Below are positions 59,873 through 64,000 of a stretch of DNA of 64,000 bases, in pieces. Origin of the DNA: an uncultured Chloroflexia bacterium (GTDB lineage Bacteria > Chloroflexota > Limnocylindria > Limnocylindrales > CSP1-4). The stretch lies in NCBI GenBank assembly GCA_963712745.1, contig CAVQJC010000017.1:288001-352000 (forward strand), in the 5' to 3' direction. The notes below the pieces were generated by a model. It was not told the DNA's origin. It saw only the letters and a program-made list of their open reading frames with translations, and did no database searches. Positions within the stretch are counted from its first letter, which is position 1. Each line of letters opens with the position of its first letter. The position numbers and the translations under genes are program-made.

Positions 59873-61744
59873 GTGGTCATCGACACCGGCCAGGAGTTCC
59901 TCGTCCAGCCCGTGGACGCGTCCTGGCTGCAGTGCAACATCGAGTGCCAGGAGGCGTGTCCCGTGGGCACGAACTGCCGCGGCTACTTGAACCTCGCGGC
60001 AGAGGGGCGCTTCGAAGAGGGCTACATCCTCTCGCGCGAACCCAACCCCGTGGCTGCCATGTGCGCCTACGTCTGCTCGGCACCCTGCGAGCGTGCCTGC
60101 CGCCGTGGCGACATCGACCGCCCGCTGGCCATCCGCGCCATGAAGCGCTTTCTCGTCGAGTGGCACGCGCAGTCGGGCATCCCCGATGAGATGCCGCTGA
60201 TCACCCCTCGTGACACCACGGTCGCGGTCATCGGCGCCGGTCCCTCCGGCCTGGCTGTGGCCCGCGAACTGGCCGTGGCCGGTCACCAGGTCACCGTCTT
60301 CGACGAGCTGCCCATGGCCGGCGGCACGATGCTCGTGGGCGTGCCCGCGTTCCGCCTGCCTCGCGAGGCCATCGAGATGGACTACAGGCTCGTGGAGCGG
60401 CTGGGGGTGAGCTTCCGCTTCGACACGCGAGTCGGTCGTGACGTCAGCTTCGACGAACTGCAGCAGCAGTTCGACGCCATCGCCATCTGCGCCGGCGCCA
60501 TGAGCGCTGTGCCCCTGGACGTCCCCGGCAACGATTTGGCGGGCATCCAGTACGGCGTGGACTTCATGAAGAAGGCCAACCTCGGCGAGGAGGTCGAGGT
60601 GGGCAGGGACGTGGTCATCATCGGCGGCGGCTACACAGCCATGGACTGCTCGCGCACGAGCCTGCGCCATGGCGCGCAGAACGTGACCATCGCCTACCGT
60701 CGCACGCGCTCCGAGCTGGTGGTGGACGAGGAGGAGCTGGGCGAGACCGAGCGCGAGGGCGTGCGCATGGACTTCCTGGTCAGCCCGGTGGAGATCATCG
60801 GCGACGAGGACGGCAACATCAGCGGTGTCAAGTTCGTGCGCAACAAGCTGGGCGAGCCCGACGCCTCCGGCCGCCGCCGCCCCGTGCCTATCGAGGGCAC
60901 CGAGTACGTGGTCCCGGCTCAGACCGTCATCCCCGCCGTCAGCCAGGCCGCCGACAACACCTTCCTGCCGGTCGAATCCAGCTTCCACCTCAGCCGCGGT
61001 CGCATGCGTGTCGATCCCGGAACGTACGCCACCAATGTGCGCGGCGTCTTCGCCTGCGGCGACTTCGTGACCGGCCCGACCACGCTCATCGAAGCCGCCG
61101 GCCACGGCAAGAAGTGTGCCTACGCGGTGGACCGCTATCTCTCCGGCCGTTCGGCGGTGGAGGTCGAGGCCAACGTCCGCATCATCAGCTCGTCGCGCCA
61201 CGAGATGCCGGAGTCCTACGACACATTGCCGCGCCAGCACATCCCGGTGGTGTCGGTCGAGGCGCGCATCCCGTCGGACGACCCACGCGTCAACTTCAGC
61301 ACGCCCATGGAAGTCGGCTACTCGGTCGACGGGGCGGTGGCCGAGTCGACGCGCTGCCTGATGTGCAACTACAACATCTGGTTCGACGGCTTCCGCTGCG
61401 TGCTCTGCGGGGCCTGCGCGGACGTCTGCCCCGAGGGCGTCATCCACATGATCGACGTGAACCAGATGAAGTCCGAGGGTGCGCTGCCCGAGCTGGTCGA
61501 CGGTTACGGCTGGACCCAGGGCGCGGCCATGGTCCTCGACGAGGAACGCTGCATCCGCTGCGCGCTGTGCGTGAAGCGTTGTCCCTACGACGCCATCACC
61601 ATGGAACGGTTCGAGATGCAGGAGGTCAGCGACGACGGTAGGCTCTACAAGGAGTCGTACCGAGACACCCAGCTCGGCCTGGCCGGGCTGGGTAACCAGG
61701 AGCATGCAGGGGGACACACCTCGATGAAGGTGAGACGGCGTTGA
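59873..61744 (+). CDS. GltD/NfnB/DsrL-like FAD- and NAD(P)H-dependent oxidoreductase with C-terminal 2x[4Fe-4S] ferredoxin
   Basis: 'CQEACP...[13 protein letters not shown]', GAGPSG, 'GGGYTAMD', YRRT, 'RCLMC', [24 protein letters not shown]. Confidence 0.9.
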   Translation: MVIDTGQEFLVQPVDASWLQCNIECQEACPVGTNCRGYLNLAAEGRFEEGYILSREPNPVAAMCAYVCSAPCERACRRGDIDRPLAIRAMKRFLVEWHAQSGIPDEMPLITPRDTTVAVIGAGPSGLAVARELAVAGHQVTVFDELPMAGGTMLVGVPAFRLPREAIEMDYRLVERLGVSFRFDTRVGRDVSFDELQQQFDAIAICAGAMSAVPLDVPGNDLAGIQYGVDFMKKANLGEEVEVGRDVVIIGGGYTAMDCSRTSLRHGAQNVTIAYRRTRSELVVDEEELGETEREGVRMDFLVSPVEIIGDEDGNISGVKFVRNKLGEPDASGRRRPVPIEGTEYVVPAQTVIPAVSQAADNTFLPVESSFHLSRGRMRVDPGTYATNVRGVFACGDFVTGPTTLIEAAGHGKKCAYAVDRYLSGRSAVEVEANVRIISSSRHEMPESYDTLPRQHIPVVSVEARIPSDDPRVNFSTPMEVGYSVDGAVAESTRCLMCNYNIWFDGFRCVLCGACADVCPEGVIHMIDVNQMKSEGALPELVDGYGWTQGAAMVLDEERCIRCALCVKRCPYDAITMERFEMQEVSDDGRLYKESYRDTQLGLAGLGNQEHAGGHTSMKVRRR

Positions 61745-62469
61745 GTTTCCTCGAACGCATCGACCACGGTATCCGCCGCAGCGCGGTCTTCCGGTCGATC
61801 TTCCGCCAGCCCTATCCCAACGACGAGCGTTCGCGCGCGATGGCGGTGATGAACAACGTGTTCCTGCACCTCCACCCGGTGCGGGTGCGCCAGCACGCCG
61901 TCAAGTTCGCCTACACCTTCTGCCTGGGCGGACTGTCCTTCTTCTTCTTCCTGGTGCTGACCGTGACGGGCGTGTACCTCATGTTCTTCTACGTGCCCTC
62001 TGCTACCCAGGCCTATTCGGACATCCTGCGCATCCAGGCGGAGGTGCCCTTCGGGTTGCTGGCCCGCAACATCCATCGCTGGGCTGCGCATCTGATGGTG
62101 TTCTTCGTCTTCCTGCACATGATGCGGGTCTTCTACCACGGCGCCTACAAGCCACCGCGGGAGTTCAACTGGGTGGTCGGCGTGGTGCTCCTGTTCCTGA
62201 CCGTCTTCCTCTCGTTCACCGGCTACCTGCTGCCCTGGGACCAGATCGCCTTCTGGGCCATCACCATCGGCACCAACATGGCTACCTTCGCGCCGCTCTT
62301 CAACACCCCCAGCCAGCTGCTGCTGCTGGGCGGCATCGAGGTCGGCCAGAACACCCTCCTACGCTTCTACGTCCTGCACGTGATCCTGATGCCGCTGGTG
62401 GCAGCGGTCTTCCTGGCCGTGCACTTCTGGCGCATCCGCAAGGACGGAGGTATCAGCGGTCCGCTGTAG
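61741..62469 (+). CDS. petB: Cytochrome b6-type (split cytochrome b, N-terminal part)
   Basis: 'FCLGG' (heme ci Cys), 'IHRWAAH', 'LHMMRV', 'PREFNW', 'TGYLLPWDQ', 'RFYVLH...VHF'. Confidence 0.92.
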   Translation: MSFLERIDHGIRRSAVFRSIFRQPYPNDERSRAMAVMNNVFLHLHPVRVRQHAVKFAYTFCLGGLSFFFFLVLTVTGVYLMFFYVPSATQAYSDILRIQAEVPFGLLARNIHRWAAHLMVFFVFLHMMRVFYHGAYKPPREFNWVVGVVLLFLTVFLSFTGYLLPWDQIAFWAITIGTNMATFAPLFNTPSQLLLLGGIEVGQNTLLRFYVLHVILMPLVAAVFLAVHFWRIRKDGGISGPL

Positions 62470-62484
62470 ACCGTACGAGAGCCC

Positions 62485-63126
62485 ATGAGCGACGAGACCA
62501 AGAAGCCCCAGGTCCCAGCCGAAGCCCCGTCGGGGGAACCGGAGCGTCGGAGCACGCTGCCCGCGGCCCCGCCCGAGCGACGCACGACCGAGATCGACAA
62601 GCAACGCGTGCCCATGGCCGCCAAGCCCTACCGACTGCTGGCGCTGGTCAAGCAGGACGCGGTGGTGCGTGTCCAGAAGGAACCCGACGACACGGTCATG
62701 ACCTGGCCGCATCTGCTGTCGATCGAGTTCTTCGCGGCGGCCATGATGAGCATCTTCATGCTCTTCATGGGCGTCTTCGTCAACGCTCCACTCGAGGAGC
62801 TGGCCAACGGCAACGTCACGCCGGCCGTGGCCAAGGCACCGTGGTACTTCGTGGGCCTGCAGGAGCTGCTGGCCTACTTCCACCCCACGGTCGCCGGCGT
62901 GCTGGCGCCCACCGTCATCCTGGTGGGTGCGGCGCTGGTCCCGTTCATCGACCGCGGGCCCAAGGGCGACGGCGGCTCACCGCGTCCGTCCGATCGCAAG
63001 GTGGGCGTGATGCTGTTCACGCTGTTCATGGGCGCCGGCCTCACCATCACCTTCCTCGGAGCGTTCTTCCGCGGCCCCGGTTACGCCTGGACGTTGCCGT
63101 GGGAAGGCTTCTTCTTCGCACTGTAG
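62485..63126 (+). CDS. petD: Cytochrome b6 subunit IV-like
   Basis: 'TWPH', 'AKAPWYF' (PEWY equivalent), 'PFIDR'. Confidence 0.85.
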   Translation: MSDETKKPQVPAEAPSGEPERRSTLPAAPPERRTTEIDKQRVPMAAKPYRLLALVKQDAVVRVQKEPDDTVMTWPHLLSIEFFAAAMMSIFMLFMGVFVNAPLEELANGNVTPAVAKAPWYFVGLQELLAYFHPTVAGVLAPTVILVGAALVPFIDRGPKGDGGSPRPSDRKVGVMLFTLFMGAGLTITFLGAFFRGPGYAWTLPWEGFFFAL

Positions 63127-63133
63127 GGACACG

Positions 63134-63802
63134 ATGGGCAACTGGAAGCTGACTCGATCGCAAGAGCCCCAGGCGCTGACCGAGCCTGTGCTGCGGGAGA
63201 TGCGCACGGGCAGGACCGGCGGCCTCACGCGGCGACAGCTCATCCGCCGCTCGATCGGTGCTGCCGTGGCGCTGTGGCTGCTGGAGGTCGGGGCCGGCAC
63301 GCTGGGCTTCCTGTGGCCCAACCTCACCCGTGGCTTCGGTGGCCAGATCAACCTCGGTGATATCGACACGGTGTCGGCCAGCCCGGAGGTGTCGGGCCTG
63401 TCCCTGCAGGATGGCGCGCCGGCCTACTTTCCGGCCGCGCGGACCTTCGTCCAGCTCCAGGACCCCAACCTCGGCTTCCTGGACGGTGATTCGGCCACCG
63501 GGGTGGGCGATATCACGAACGTGATGACGCTCTACCAGAAGTGCCCCCACCTCGGCTGCAAGCCCAACTTCTGCGCCACCAACTTCTGGTTCGAGTGCCC
63601 CTGCCACGGCTCTCGCTACGACCGGCTGGGCACCAAGGTCAAGGAACTGGGGCCCGCACCACGCAGCATGGACCGCTTCCCGCACAGCGTCCAGGATGGC
63701 CAGCTCATCGTCGATACCAGCAAGGTGGTGCTCGGCCCGCTGCCGGTGGCGCTGGGGCAGCCCGGGCTGATTCCCGCCAAGTCGCCCACGGGCTGCATCT
63801 GA
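63134..63802 (+). CDS. petC: Rieske [2Fe-2S] protein
   Basis: Tat motif 'TRRQLI'; CPHLGC, CPCHGSRY, GPAPR. Confidence 0.93.
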   Translation: MGNWKLTRSQEPQALTEPVLREMRTGRTGGLTRRQLIRRSIGAAVALWLLEVGAGTLGFLWPNLTRGFGGQINLGDIDTVSASPEVSGLSLQDGAPAYFPAARTFVQLQDPNLGFLDGDSATGVGDITNVMTLYQKCPHLGCKPNFCATNFWFECPCHGSRYDRLGTKVKELGPAPRSMDRFPHSVQDGQLIVDTSKVVLGPLPVALGQPGLIPAKSPTGCI

Positions 63803-64000
63803 TGGCCCAAGACAAGAGCGGTCGCGAGCTGACCCCTCACGATCGGGGGGCGGCCGAGCCGGCTGGCTCGGCGCTCACCCCGGTCGATGGCGAGGGCCGC
63901 GAGGTCGAGCGCTTCTCGGCAGGGCCGCGGGCTCACAGCGTCGGCCTGACCGAGGAACGCTCCGCGCAGATCGTGCGCCAGAGTGCCAATGCCCGCAACG
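63802..64000 (+). CDS. 5' part of the next operon gene (possibly the cytochrome c subunit); truncated by the window edge
   Basis: ATG overlaps the Rieske stop (TGATG); open to the end of the window; product inferred from context only. Confidence 0.45.
   Translation, partial: MAQDKSGRELTPHDRGAAEPAGSALTPVDGEGREVERFSAGPRAHSVGLTEERSAQIVRQSANARN

Overview
High-GC (~70%) bacterial window. Gene style suggests an uncultured Chloroflexota or Actinomycetota-like lineage (inference only). Left to right: a convergent type II restriction-modification pair (BglII/BstYI-like endonuclease, Sau3AI-like m5C methyltransferase) with a co-oriented TM0106/RecB-like nuclease; an RTX-repeat secreted protein and an MFS transporter; a ~0.9 kb non-coding region holding two multi-stem RNA-like units split by a 7x27 bp tandem repeat; a group 3b [NiFe]-hydrogenase locus (fused beta-gamma subunit, delta, alpha, protease) with a divergent hypA / hypC-like / DUF6390 operon and DosR-like boxes; a LipJ-like cyclase; a sugar ABC transporter with a GH125-like hydrolase; an LLM oxidoreductase; a NarL-type two-component system; an M1 peptidase; a 2 PadR + 3 hemerythrin array; an operon arsR-dsrE-tusA-mvhD(atypical)-hdrA(GltD insert)-hdrA-wHTH-qmoC-like transcribed divergently from pntAAB; TetR/SDR; a WYL regulator; a SAM halogenase-like protein; an HTH-GAF-GAF-GGDEF cyclase; a TPP riboswitch with thiN-thiBPQ; bcp; a PIG-L deacetylase; and a Rieske/cytochrome b6 operon led by a GltD/DsrL-like flavo-FeS protein. 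The best candidates for something new are the Apr-less Qmo/Hdr-like complex with sulfur carriers (tied to the hemerythrins by a shared operator), the NAD(P)H-module Rieske/cytb complex, and several unassigned structured ncRNAs. Several +1 frameshifts look like sequencing errors. No rRNA, tRNA, CRISPR array or transposase was recognised.
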